This document shows, piece by piece, positions 47,509 to 59,475 of a stretch of DNA of 64,000 nt (its first letter is position 1; the number at the start of each line of letters is the position of its first letter). The stretch comes from Callorhinchus milii (lineage: Eukaryota), in assembly GCF_018977255.1 (NCBI RefSeq), contig NW_024704743.1, forward strand, positions 103,170,001 through 103,234,000, written 5' to 3'. A program made the translations under genes and the position numbers. The notes under the pieces were generated by a model. The model was not told the DNA's origin, searched no databases, and saw nothing but the letters and a program-made list of their open reading frames with translations.

Positions 47509-50500
47509 AAGAATGTTATTGCACAAAAACAAGTGATTCAGCCAGCTAGACCTTGCCGGTGTTTATACTCCACATGACCTGCCACCTCTCTTAATTATAT
47601 AAAAATAGCATTTCTTAAAAGTTCTTGGGTAGTCCGACTGAGAAATTTAAGAACCGTTTCTGAGCAGAGCTTGAATCAATTTGCACTGCCGGCATTTATA
47701 CTGCAGCAATGTGAATCAAAGTGCTGCCAAAACCATTCTTTCAAGGTGGTCTCAGAACCCAGGTGTTGATATTATTCAGTTTCAACCCAATTTATAGGGA
47801 TCTTTCTGCAGCAACTTATCACAAAAGCAATAATTATTGAAATGCTGCAATTATTACGGAGCCAAAAAGATCAAAATTCAATCGCTTCAGTCTTGCTTAT
47901 NAAAAAAGAGATGTGATCAGCTATCTGAAAGTTATATTCACGATTGCAAAAGACTGCAGGAAAATAACTGAAACATAAGAAAGGCATATAGAACAGGAAT
48001 TAGTCATTGGCTCCTCCAGACAATTCCTTCTCGAATCCAAGCAAAATCTTCACTTACGTGAACTCATTGCTCCACCTCCTGTGCTGAAAGTTCTCCTTAG
48101 AGACACTCTGATATCTGAATGGAATCGAGCAAAACTTGAAGATTATTTTTGTAACTTCATACATCGCCACCGTTCAACCCAAGGCTCATTCCCTTCAAAA
48201 AGTATTGTACCCCACCTCAGGTATTAGTTGATTGTGTGAAGTGGTTTGAGATATCCTCCTGATGTGAAAGGCAGTACATAAATATAAATTGTTGTTGCTG
48301 TATGCCAACCCCCCCCAATTTACTGAACCCATCAGCTCAGAAACAGTTGCGTCCTGTAAAATGCTTCATCTCTCTCATGCAACTTTTATATTGTGGTTCC
48401 AGGCACTTGAAGTACAGGAACAAATTAGAGCCACACATGCATTTTGACCATCTCTATACTCCAGGAAGGCCATTGGAACAAAACAAAGCTTTGTGCCTAG
48501 TACAAAATATGAATAGAAATTAAGTTTCCACAATCTGTGCTATGTAAATAACTGTATATCAGAGACTGGGAGAAGTGCTCACATATCAGGTAACTTTTCT
48601 TCTAGTGTGTTTCTACTTACAATACCATTATTTAGGTAAGAGAAAACACAAAAATACATTTTTAATGAGCATTTGTGTGTGTTCGGACATCTAATATTAT
48701 CGAGTATGGTCTCTCTGGCACAATCCCTTTCATTTGTCTGTTTTCCACCAGTTATATTTTTGGGTCAGCCAAATGTCTAACATATGTGAAAACACATTTC
48801 CATGCTGAAGAGTCTTCAAATCAAATGACAGGGTCCACATATATGGTTTCTGTATGACTAGTATGGAGCACAAACACTCTCCCCAGAGGGACATACTCTG
48901 CTTATCTAATGAGCAGAGTTTAGGCACAGGTTAGCAAGAGTCAAAGATTTGGAAACCTCAGAGTGTGCATTGGTCTATACAGCTGCAGTTTAACCAATTG
49001 AAACCATGCAAACCCCAGCAAGCCTCCTGCAATTTTCTGAGCTGAGACCCCTCTCCTGTTAGAGCTTTGTCTTGAAGGGTCAACAGAAGCATATTGGGAA
49101 AATTCCTAGGCCCAGTGCCTCTGCTATTGACTCAGGCTGGCTGGTCCATCATCAACAGGGACATGGAGTACTGCAAATCCGCCTGTCTCAGCAACCAGAC
49201 TACCAAGACTACCACTGACTCGATTCCAATAATCCATTGGACAGGCATATCACCTTGGAGCCAACAGTGATCCAAAGTAAGCCTTCACTTAATTCCTCCT
49301 CAAGTTAATTGAGACATTAGACACCTGACAAGTGAAGGTGTGAGACCACTCCAGCGAAATAGCAGGTACTATCAAGGAGCCACATGGATAGCAGCGCATA
49401 TCAGCATAACATTTACGAGTACACTGCCACCATTCTTCTGACCAGTGCCTAGAGATCTCTTACCTATTCAGAAGAGGTTCTACCAGTTGGTGGTGTAGAG
49501 CCTCACCAGCAGCTGCTTATCGATCATGCAGCACTAATAGGAGTTCTGAATTCAACTACAAGTAGTCTCCAGAGATGGACTTAACTCTGAAGACAACCAC
49601 TGAATATAAAAACAGCATCAGTCTTGAATATCTATGAAAAACCTCAATAATGTTCCCAACCAGGGAATTTATCCATCACTTTTCTGGAGGAACAGTGTGC
49701 AAAAAGAATAACTTTTACCTGAAACTAATTTGAATTTCAAAGCAGACAATAAGTCTTATTATAAATGTTGTTAGTTTCTGAATGGTTTTTGAAAACACTT
49801 ATGTGAATGGCTCTACTTCTATGTTAGTGAGGAAGCTCACCATTCCTATAATGATGCATGTAATGACATGTGCTACATTTGCTTTTCACAGTCATTTTAA
49901 CACACAAAATAACCCCTGAAAAATAACTTAAAATGCAATTTTCTGGCAAAATTGCACACCAGGGACTTGGAAACTGGATCGATGACAGGAGGAGAAATTA
50001 TGTAAATTGTCACAAACCACATCCTTCAGGCTTGAGATTGCTTAACCTGTGGCAAATTGTTATAGGTATATACCACACAAGGTATATTACAACAATGCAT
50101 TTATGATAAATTTAGTAAATCGTTTGGACTTTCTGCTTTTCCGCTCCTGATAGTGCTAATCAGAAGTATTACCATAGTTTCAGGGAAATTTGCAGCTCAA
50201 GAGGTGACGATTGTGTCTGTGTCTCTCTTTTAAAGAGCAATCCTTTCAGTCCTGCCTTTTCCCCATACCAGAGATATCTATCTGGTTCCCTTTTGAGAGC
50301 TAAAATAAGAGTACAATGTTACATATCCATAAGTTTTGCTCACAAAATACACAGTCAATTACATCAAATGTCATATTTTGGCCCGTGTACTTCAATCACT
50401 AATTTTTTATATTTGGTTTTCCTGAGAGTGATACCCATATAGAACAGCATAGTTACTCAAAACATACATTCGGGGTTGAATCTCATATTATTTAATGAAG

Positions 50501-50544
50501 AATACCCCACTATATTATAACAGAATATACTGAAAGTGAATTGA

Positions 50545-51375
50545 TAATAATAACCACAATAATTTGCACTTAGGTAGAACTTGAAAAAGGGGAGAGAGGG
50601 GGCAAGATGGAGGGATTAACGGAGAGTGTTCCACAGTTTGGGGGCATAGTGGCTGAAAGCATGACCTCCAATGGTGGAGTGGAGGTTGCAAGAGACAAGT
50701 TGGAGGCCCCAGGTGGTGGATTGGGGAATGAGGAGGTCGGAGAGGTAGTGAGGTGCCAGGGAGTGAAAGGATTTGAATATGTGTGTGAGGATCTTGAAGT
50801 CAATCCGTTCGGTGATGGGGAGCCAGTGGAGCCTGGCCAGAACTGGTAGGATGGGGGTACAAAGTTTGGTCCAGGTCAGTATGTGGGCTGGATGAGCTCT
50901 GAATGAGCTGGATTTTTTGAATGGTGGAGCTGAGGAGACCAGTGAGAAGTGCTTTTGAGTAATCTAGGTGGGAGGTGACAAATGCATGTACGAAGGTTTC
51001 GCCTGCATTTAGAGTGAGGTATGATCGGAGGAAGGCAATATAGCAAAGGTGGAGGAAGGAGATCCTGGTCAGAGACCGGATGTGTGGGGAGGAAGGACAG
51101 CTGGGGATCAAACCAGACAACTAGCTTGTGCACAGGTTTGGTGAATGTGAGGGCGAGCCAAGGGAGGTTAAGCAGTTTAGATCCGCAGGAGGGAAGACGT
51201 TGATGGGAGCCAAAGAGCATGGCTTCCGTCTTGTCCACATTCAGCTGCAGGAAGTTTGCACTCATCCAGGCCTTGATGTTGCCAGACAAGCTGATAGAAC
51301 ATCAACGGACCTGGAGTCAATGCTGGAGGAGGCAAAGTAGATTTGAGTGTCAGCTGCATACATGTGGAAGTTGAC
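50545..51375 (-). mobile_element. 5'-truncated L2 inserted into a SINE
   Basis: Minus strand VNFHMYAADTQIY, IKAWMSANFLQLNVDKTE, FVHAFVTSHLDYS; SINE sequence on both sides (50521-50544 and from 51376). Confidence 0.9.
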
Positions 51376-51666
51376 TGTATATTTTGTGGGTGAAACGCGG
51401 CAGCCAATTGTGCACAGCAGTGTTCCACAAACAGTTGTGAATTGAGTGACCAATTTATTATTGTTTTTATTTATTTATTTTTAACGGATTATTATCCCCG
51501 GAAAAGTGATCCTCCAATCGACTAACAACCAAGATCCTGCTTAGTGCTGGGTAAACAGAGGCGTGTGGAGTAAGGAAAATTTCCTAAGGTATCGCCCTGC
51601 CCAGGAATCGACCCCAGGTGTTCTCACGTGCGAGGTGAGTGTGTTCTAACCATTACGCTACAGGAT
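51376..51666 (-). mobile_element. tRNA-SINE long variant, 5' part
   Basis: Collinear with 34035-34320. Confidence 0.85.
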
Positions 51667-51994
51667 GTCTTGACTCCATCCTATTTGCTTTCAAAAGATA
51701 AACATAATAGTCCTTACATTTCACAAAATTGGTTTGGATTGGCCCATTCAATCTCATCCTACCAGAATATCCACCATAACAGTATGAAACAGCTTTTTAA
51801 ATGCATCCAAACTCCTGGCCTCAACAACCGTTCCTGGCTACCTATTCTATTCATTAGTTACTCTCTGAGTAAAGATAAACTTCCTGTTACCTGCCCTAAA
51901 ATAGTTTCTTAAAAATAAAAATGTTGTCCTCTTATTATCTTAGTGCATCCTAGATTACTGATCTGGGTATACTTTTTCAATCCCATTTAATGAT

Positions 51995-52400
51995 ATTGCA
52001 GCTTCCTTGTCAGGAGGAGATCTCAAATTGCTTCACAGGATTTTACTGCAAATCGTAGTAACTGTATTTAGTAAATGAAGGCAGGAGCCAATTTGTGCCC
52101 AGCAATGTCCCACAAACAACCATGAAGTGAATAATTAATTTTATCCTGAGGCTTATTGGCCTCGACATTGGGAGAAACTTCCTTTCCCCTTTATTTTTGA
52201 AAAAGTGCCATGGAATCTTTAACGTTCACCTAAACAGACAGACAGTATCTCAGTTTAATATCTCACACTACCAGCAATGCATCACTCCCCCAGCACCAAA
52301 ATTGAGTATCAGCCGAGCCTGTGAATTCAAAGTCCCAACGCAGGCTTTGAAGCATAACCGTCTGACTCAGACGAGCGTACTACCAACTGAGCCAGACTGT
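51995..52400 (-). mobile_element. Old Deu-domain SINE, near full length
   Basis: Reverse-collinear with 6954-7395. Confidence 0.75.
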
Positions 52401-52814
52401 TGCCAAGTTAATGACTCAACCTAAATTAATTACTCCCATTCCATTTCCAAAGAAACATTAAGCCATTTGTGATCTCCAGAAACATCTGTTATGCTCATCA
52501 ATAAATAAATATTTTCACTGTTGAGTCTGGGGCTTTATAAAGCATTCTGGTCTTCTGTTTTAAGAATCATTAAGTCCTCAGTGAACTGAGATAAAACAAA
52601 TATTCTGCTCCATCATGAGGCTTGCCAAGTGCTCCAGGGAATTCTTTTTATCTTCATTCACAAATTTAATCATGATTTGAATTTCTGAGAGACTCTTTCT
52701 TCATCTCTTTGCCTCATTCCCTCTGCCTCGCCCCTTCTTTATCCATCTTTAAACCTCCCTTAATTTACCTCTTTGACTGCATTTATGATCACCTCCCTCT
52801 CTCTTAACCTAATG

Positions 52815-53020
52815 TGTCAGCCTGTCTCAGTGTAGCAGGAATCTTATCTCTGAGTAACAAGGTGTTACGTTCAAGCCACACCTCAGGACTTGAACTCACA
52901 TCATCTAAACTGAAACTCCTATGCAGTGTTTGGGAGTGCTGCTTTGAGCGAGGTGCCATCCTTCGGATGAGATGTTAAAATCACGGTTCTGTCCGCCCGT
53001 TCGGGTGGACGTTAAAATCA
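52815..53020 (+). mobile_element. Old Deu-domain SINE, 5' half
   Basis: ccttcggatgagatgttaaaatcacggttctgtccgcccgttcgggtggacgttaaa. Confidence 0.7.
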
Positions 53021-54970
53021 ATTCTCAGAGTTCTCAAAGGCACATGGCTTTACAGTCTCACTTCAGCACTGTATCTGTATCAGTTTTTCTAATTACATGT
53101 ACAATTACTTTGCTTGATGCCTGTAAGGTCCTAAGCCATGAGAAACCAGACAAAAAACAATTGGTGGAAGCGTGTGAAGAAGACATTACTACTGAGTGAA
53201 ATTTGTGAATCCATTGTAAAGAATTAACCAAGCTTCTGGGAAAAGCTTGACAATTAGAAAGCTTGCATTTGGCAGCAGTTAAACAAAACCTGGTGTTTTC
53301 TCAGAATAACAGATAGCTGGGAATAAATGGTATCAAATTTGGATGCTGGATACCACCAAGCACTCAAAGCAATTTGTAAAGACATCTGACATGATGTTTT
53401 GCCCTATATACTTTGACGAAACTGCTGTGAGTACCACTGAGGAAGACGTTAAGATTGATTTGGAAGTCTACAGCAGTTAAGCAGCCAAAATAGATGTAAC
53501 ATCACTCTTCCTTCTACATGCACTAAGCTAGATTTCCAATGCTTGTAAAAGTTACTGTCAAACTATATTCTCCAATGAAAACACCCAAATTGAACTGCAA
53601 AGCCAAAAGAGTACAATGTAAGAGAAGGGGTGAGAGAGAATGTTGATTGTGCTCCTAAAGGTCAACTGTTGGAAGCACATTGCCAAGGAACTCTGAAAAA
53701 TCCATTTAAAGATCCAATGGCACGAAAAGAGAAAGAAATTTCTTATGGTTTCCTGGCCAACAATCCCTCAGATAAAATGAGTCATTCACTTTGTGGATGT
53801 TTGTGCAACATTGATGTTTGTAAATTGGCTGCTGAGTTCGCCTACAAATGCAGAGGCACCACACGCTTACAGTAAATCTTGTGAAACTCTTTGAGATGCA
53901 ATGAAGAACTTTACAAAATGCAAGGATTTATTGTTATTTATTTGTTGGGGAACAAGTCGTTATTTTTCAGCCTCTTACTGAAGTGCAATGCTTCCAAGTA
54001 CCAGTGATGCCCAAGTACATCTTGCAGGAATACATCTTGTTAATTGTGGGCAATGAATGGGACTTGACAAGCTTTGCACACTCAGATATCACAGGTTGAA
54101 ATGTACTTGATTCCAACAACCAATTATAGCAGGGTTCCCCTGGATGGGTTAAGTGCCCCACTCCTGCCTCTGCTCATCAGTAGTCACAGTCAATCAATGC
54201 ACAAAACTGTTTTTCAATTAAATTATTAGCTGTGCCAATCCTGAAAAATCAACATAACTGAAATGTTAATGTGACGTGTAGTAAAATAAAACTGTTGTGC
54301 TCCCATTAATTGAAGTCTGTTACTCAAAAGTAAATTACAACTAAATAAGAAACCTATGTTGGATACTCAGACTTTTACTCTATTAAATACTAAAAAGATT
54401 CCAGCATTTTTATATATACTGTATAAATCCCCATGCCACACACTTACAGAATTATATTGATGGCTATAATCTATCCGTTTGTAACTATCGACTGAACTGA
54501 CAATAACTATAATATTTCATATCAGTTACAATAAGCGCACAGGATAGCATTTGTAGTTTAGCAACCCTGATTGCTACTTTCTCATTCTCTTTTTAACAAT
54601 AACAACAACAAAATTACATTTATAGAGTGCCTTTCACATCGGGAGGATGTCCCAACAAGATCACAACAAAGGTATGGATGGAGCAAGACATTTATTTGGT
54701 CTATTTGATCGCCTCCTTCCAGAATCTCCTATATTCTTCCCATCATAGCACCAAACTGGTTCTTGATTGTGATTGATGAACAGTCCTCAACCATCCATCC
54801 TGGTAAACCATTCCAGTTGTTGATTACCCTCAGTAAATGAAACACTTCCTGCTGTTTATCCTGAAATTACCCTTCACACACTTGATCTAGTGTCCTCTGA
54901 TTGTGATGTACTGGAGTATCTATCTCAAAGGATTGTAGTACCATCAATTATTATTCCATGAAACGCAATA

Positions 54971-55520
54971 TACAGGTAAATTTGCATAATTCTTATCTTT
55001 TTAAATCGTATAATCGACTAAGTCAGACATGCAGCCGAGTCCCATTCAGTTTCCTACCCAAAAACACTTAAGTTTTTTTGCACTCAACGTATTTTATAAA
55101 TCCGATGACCAATTCCAAGGTCGATATTATAAATTGAATAAACGGCAAAATTGCAATACGTCTTGGTCCCAAATACATCGTAAACACTATGCAAATCATC
55201 TCCCAACTCATAATACCATTAACAAACTTACACGGGAAATGAAGTCTTGACCTGTCACTGCAGGCATAGCAAATATCAGCTGCACTGAAGTATGGATACT
55301 CAGTGTAGATTATTGATTATATTATACGACTTATGCAATTTTGTTGTAACTCATACTTCATGCAAGTCAATAAATATTATGGCGAAGGGTCATGGACCCA
55401 AAACGTTGACTCACTTTCCTTTCTCCATAGATGCTGCCTGACCTGCTGAGTGTTTCCAGCGACTTCTGTTCTTTTTAATAAATGTTATGGTCCTGACTGA
55501 TACGACAGATGCAACTTTCC
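54971..55520. mobile_element. Unclassified non-autonomous DNA-type element, copy 1
   Basis: Collinear blocks shared with 62291-62888; imperfect inverted motif at 54971-54995 / 55325-55348. Confidence 0.6.
55383..55476 (+). mobile_element. 94-bp Penelope-type terminal-repeat fragment with truncated hammerhead-like motif
   Basis: cgaagggtcatggacccaaaacgttgac...agatgctgcctgacctgctgagt resembles the shark/ray Penelope-associated repeat as I recall it; flanked by a 14-bp duplication aataaat(a/g)ttatgg. Confidence 0.65.
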
Positions 55521-56384
55521 AAGTCTTAAAAGGAATTAGTTTTTCTAGATATTCCTCACCGCTCATTCCTCTAACACTGGAGATCAGCCTCAATGTTTTC
55601 CTCTGCACTCTCTTTGGGGCTTGGGTGGCCCACCTATGTCATAGCAACCACAACAGTACTCAATACTGCAGATACAGCATGACTGCAGAAATGTACGGAA
55701 TGTGGTTTATGTGAAACTGATTTAAGAATATGAGAACCATAGGAAAAGAAGTTGCTCCACTGAGTGTGTTCCACCTTTTTCTTAGAATATGACTGATCGA
55801 TAACTGAATACCATCTGCCTGCCTTTTCGCCTTCCTCCCTGATATATTGACTAGCTATGTATTTACTTCCCTCTCAGATACTCCCACTATTTTTGCATTA
55901 ACCATCTTCTCAGGGAACATTGTTCTTTTAATTCTACAATCTCACAATTCTCTGACAAACGTTTAGTAGAAGTATTGCTTTCTATTCATTTTTCATGGCC
56001 TCACACTGTCAAGAAGACAGCAATAACAAGTCAATTGAGGCTCCGAGCCTTTCAACATCTACCTTAAAAGTTCTAAGTATGATTTACAACTAATGTCACA
56101 CATTCTCACGTTTGTTCAAGCAGAATATAATTGCACCAAACTAATGTACATGTGCCTCCTAGTTGTACTTCCTATGTGTAGTATCTTGCATTTATTGTAT
56201 TGAACATCAAAAGTCAATGTTCAGCCCAAGTGCACTTCGGGTGAGTTATTTTAGTAAATATTGCCTGCCTTCTTTGATTCAACACTTAGCTTGCTGTCAT
56301 GTGCAAAATTTCCTACCTTGCACTAAGCAAGAATCCAGATCATTTTTACCCTAGGAGCACGAGGGAATAGCAGTTAATGTGCGT

Positions 56385-56645
56385 ACAGCAATGTCCCACC
56401 ATCAGTGAATGATATTTGTTTTGTTATCTGGATGACTGTTAGCCAAATCTTTCCATGATACCTATAACATCTACCTGAACAAGCAAACAGAACTTTGCTA
56501 CAACATCAAAAGGATGGAACCTCTGTCAATGCTCATTTTCTGCTCATTGGAGGGTCAGCCTGGACTATGAGCTCAAAGTCCTAATTTGGGGTTTGAAGCC
56601 ATAACTTCCTGACACAGAAGCCAGCAGCTAAGCCAGGCTGACAGC
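56385..56645 (-). mobile_element. Old Deu-domain SINE
   Basis: Reverse head gtttgaagccataacttcctgacacaga...aagccaggctgac. Confidence 0.6.
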
Positions 56646-56666
56646 TAAAGTTACCCTAGTTTCTAA

Positions 56667-59475
56667 ACAACAACAAGATTATGTTTGTCGGGAGGACGTC
56701 CCAAGGCCCTGGCCGGGGTATAGCATTTCAGACCCGAGCTGGGGTCAGTGGGGGAGAAGGGAGGGGAGGGGAAGGGGGTGGCCGATGGCATGGTCGAAAA
56801 GGAGGGTCTTGAGGCAGGACTTGAAGGAAGCTAAGGAGGGGGCGAGGCAGAGTGACTGGGGGATGGAATTCCAGAGGTTGGGGACAGAGTGGCTGAAAGC
56901 TCTCTCACCAATGGTGGGGCGGGTGGGTCAGGGGACATGGAGCAGGCCAGAGCCGGCTGAGCGGAGGGAACGGGCGGGTTGGTAGGGGGTTAGGAGGTTG
57001 CAGAGGTAGGGTGGGGCGAGGCCATGGAAGGCTTTGTATGTGAGCACCAGGATCTTGAACTGGATCCTCTGAAGGATAGGGAGCCAGTGGAGTCGGGTGA
57101 GAATGGGGGAGATGGGGTCACGGAGTTTGATGCGGGAGAGGACATGGGCTGCAGAGTTCTGGATTATCTGCAGCCTGTGGAGGGAGGAGTTGGGAAGGCC
57201 GACAAGCAGGGCGTTTTCTTAGTCGATCCTGGAGGTGATGGAGGCAAGAACAAGAGTTTCAGCGGCCTGAGGGGTGAGCTAGTGGAAGAGTCGGGCGACG
57301 TTACAGAGGTGAGGGGAGGCAGAACGGGTCATGACTTGAATGTGGGGGAGAAAAAACAGTTGAGGGTCGAACAAGACACCTGGGTTCCTGACTGGCTTGG
57401 TGAGTTGCAGTGTGCAACCATGGAGGTTGATGTTGCAAGAGCCTGAGGTTCTGAGGTAGTAGCACGAGCCAATCAGGAGGGCCTCAGTGTTGTTCACATT
57501 CAGCTGTAGGAAATTTGCCCTCATCCAGGATTTGATGTCCGATAGGAAGTCTGTCAGGACAGCAGTGGTCCTGGAGTTGAGGGTGGAGGCAGAAAGATAG
57601 AGTTGGGTGTCATCCGCATACTTGTGGAAGTTGACCCCATGTCTGCAGATGATGTCACCAAGGGGGAGCACGTAGATGTTAAAGAGGAGAGGGACAAGGA
57701 CAGAGCCCTGGGGGACGCCAGATGTGACAGTGCGGGGGCTGGAAGAGAAACCGTTAGAGGCAACGAAGTGGAGACAGTGAGAGAGATAGGAATCGAACCA
57801 GGCAAGGGCAGATCGGTGAAGATTGAGTAAGGCGGAGAGGCGGTGTATGAGGATGGAGTGGTCAAGGAGGACAAGGAGGCTGAGGGAGCCCTGATCACAG
57901 ATGTTCAGAATGTCATTGGTGACTGACCAAGGCTGTTTCCATGCTGTGGACAGTGCGGAAGCCGGATTGGAGGGATTCAAAGAGGAAATGGTGGGAGAGA
58001 AAGAAGCGGAGCCTGGACGCAACGACTCATTCCAGGACCTTGAAGAGGAATGGGAATTTAGAGATGGGGCGGTAGCTGGAGAGGAGAGATGGATCCAGGG
58101 AAGGTTTTTTGAGGATGGGGGTGATGACAACTGTTTTTAGTGGGGTGGGAACTGAACCAATGGACAGGGAGAGGTTGATGACATCGGACAGGAGAGGGGC
58201 CAGAAGGTGGAGCTGGGAGACGAGGAGAGAGATGGGGATGGGATCGAGAGAGCAGGTGGTGGGTTTGAGTTTGCGGACAGTCGTGTTGAGGGAGGAGGGA
58301 GAGATAGGGTTGATAGGGGGGCATGGGTGGGGTCATGAGGGAGAGATGATGTGGGGGTGGCTGTGGATGGGGCTGAGGTGGCTGAACGTAACTCTCGATT
58401 TTAGCTTCGAGGAAGTCCAGCATCTCCTCGAAGTTGGAGTTTGAGGAGAGGATGGGCGACGTATGGGAAGGTGAATGGAGGAGACGGTTAGTGGTGGAGA
58501 AGAGAAACCGGGGGTTGTCCTTTGCCTCCAAGATAATCTTGGAGTAGAAGGAGAATATGGCAGAGGCAAGAGCGCAGCGGTAGATCTTGGTGTTGTGAAG
58601 TCAAATCTGCCGATGGACCAGGCGCGTTCGGCAGCTCGCACTTGTGCCTTGAGGGAACGGAGCTGGCTGGTGTACAAGGGGTATTTACTGATGTAGGAGG
58701 CAGTACGGGAGATGAGGAGGGCAAGGGAGTCCAGAATGGAGGAGAGGGAATTTTGGAGAAAGGAGAGTGAGGAGGTGAGTTCGGTCAGTGAGGCCCAGAG
58801 GTGTAGGAGTTCAGATGACTCCAGGGCAGTGGAGAGGGAGGGGAGGAATTTTTTTTCCATGGATGGTATGTAATGGTGGAGGATTGGGAAAGGGGAAGGG
58901 GTACTGAGGTGTTGAGGGAGAGGAAGTGGTGGTCCGAGATGGCTTTTTCGACGATGGTGATGTCCGAGACTCTGAGGCCCCAGGTAATCACCAGATCAAG
59001 GGGGTGGCCACAGACATGGGTGAGGGAATGGATGAGGAGGGAGTGGTTGATGGAAGAGAGGAGGGAGGAGAAGTCGGTAGAGGAAGAGCAAGAGGGGGTG
59101 AAGTAGAGGTTGAAGTCGCCTAAGATAAGGAGGCGTTCAGAGCAGAGTGAGAGGGAAAATAGGAGGGTGGAGATGGCTGAGTGGAAGGTGGGGGAAGGCT
59201 TTGGAGGATGGTAAACAAGGAGGATTTTGAAGCAAAGCCTGGAGGGGCGTTAGAGGGTAAAGTGTTCAAAGGAGGGGAAGGTTCCAGTGGAGTAAGGGAA
59301 AAGGCCAAGGGGGGACGGGGAGATGAAAGCCACACTCCTGCCACAGCGATGAGGCCGTGGGGTTTTGTGGAAGGTGTAACCTGGAGGTGTGGTCTCAACT
59401 AGTGGGAAGGTGTTGCCTTGGGTGACCTAGGTTTCAGTGAGGGCGAGGATGTCGATATTTTCCTCAACAGTGACA
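56667..59475 (-). mobile_element. Long L2 LINE relic: APE endonuclease plus RT of ORF2, broken by stops, frameshifts and deletions
   Basis: Minus strand NIDILALTET* (about 59430), LGDFNL (about 59110), ISDHH (about 58930), TSGVPQGSVLVPLLFNIY, FHKYADDTQLY; tail at 56667-56710. Confidence 0.95.

Noticed and set aside
57279..58860. Long ORFs as host genes or an intact retrotransposon
   Set aside because: They are shifted pieces or alternative frames of one decayed L2 ORF2 with stops and deletions.
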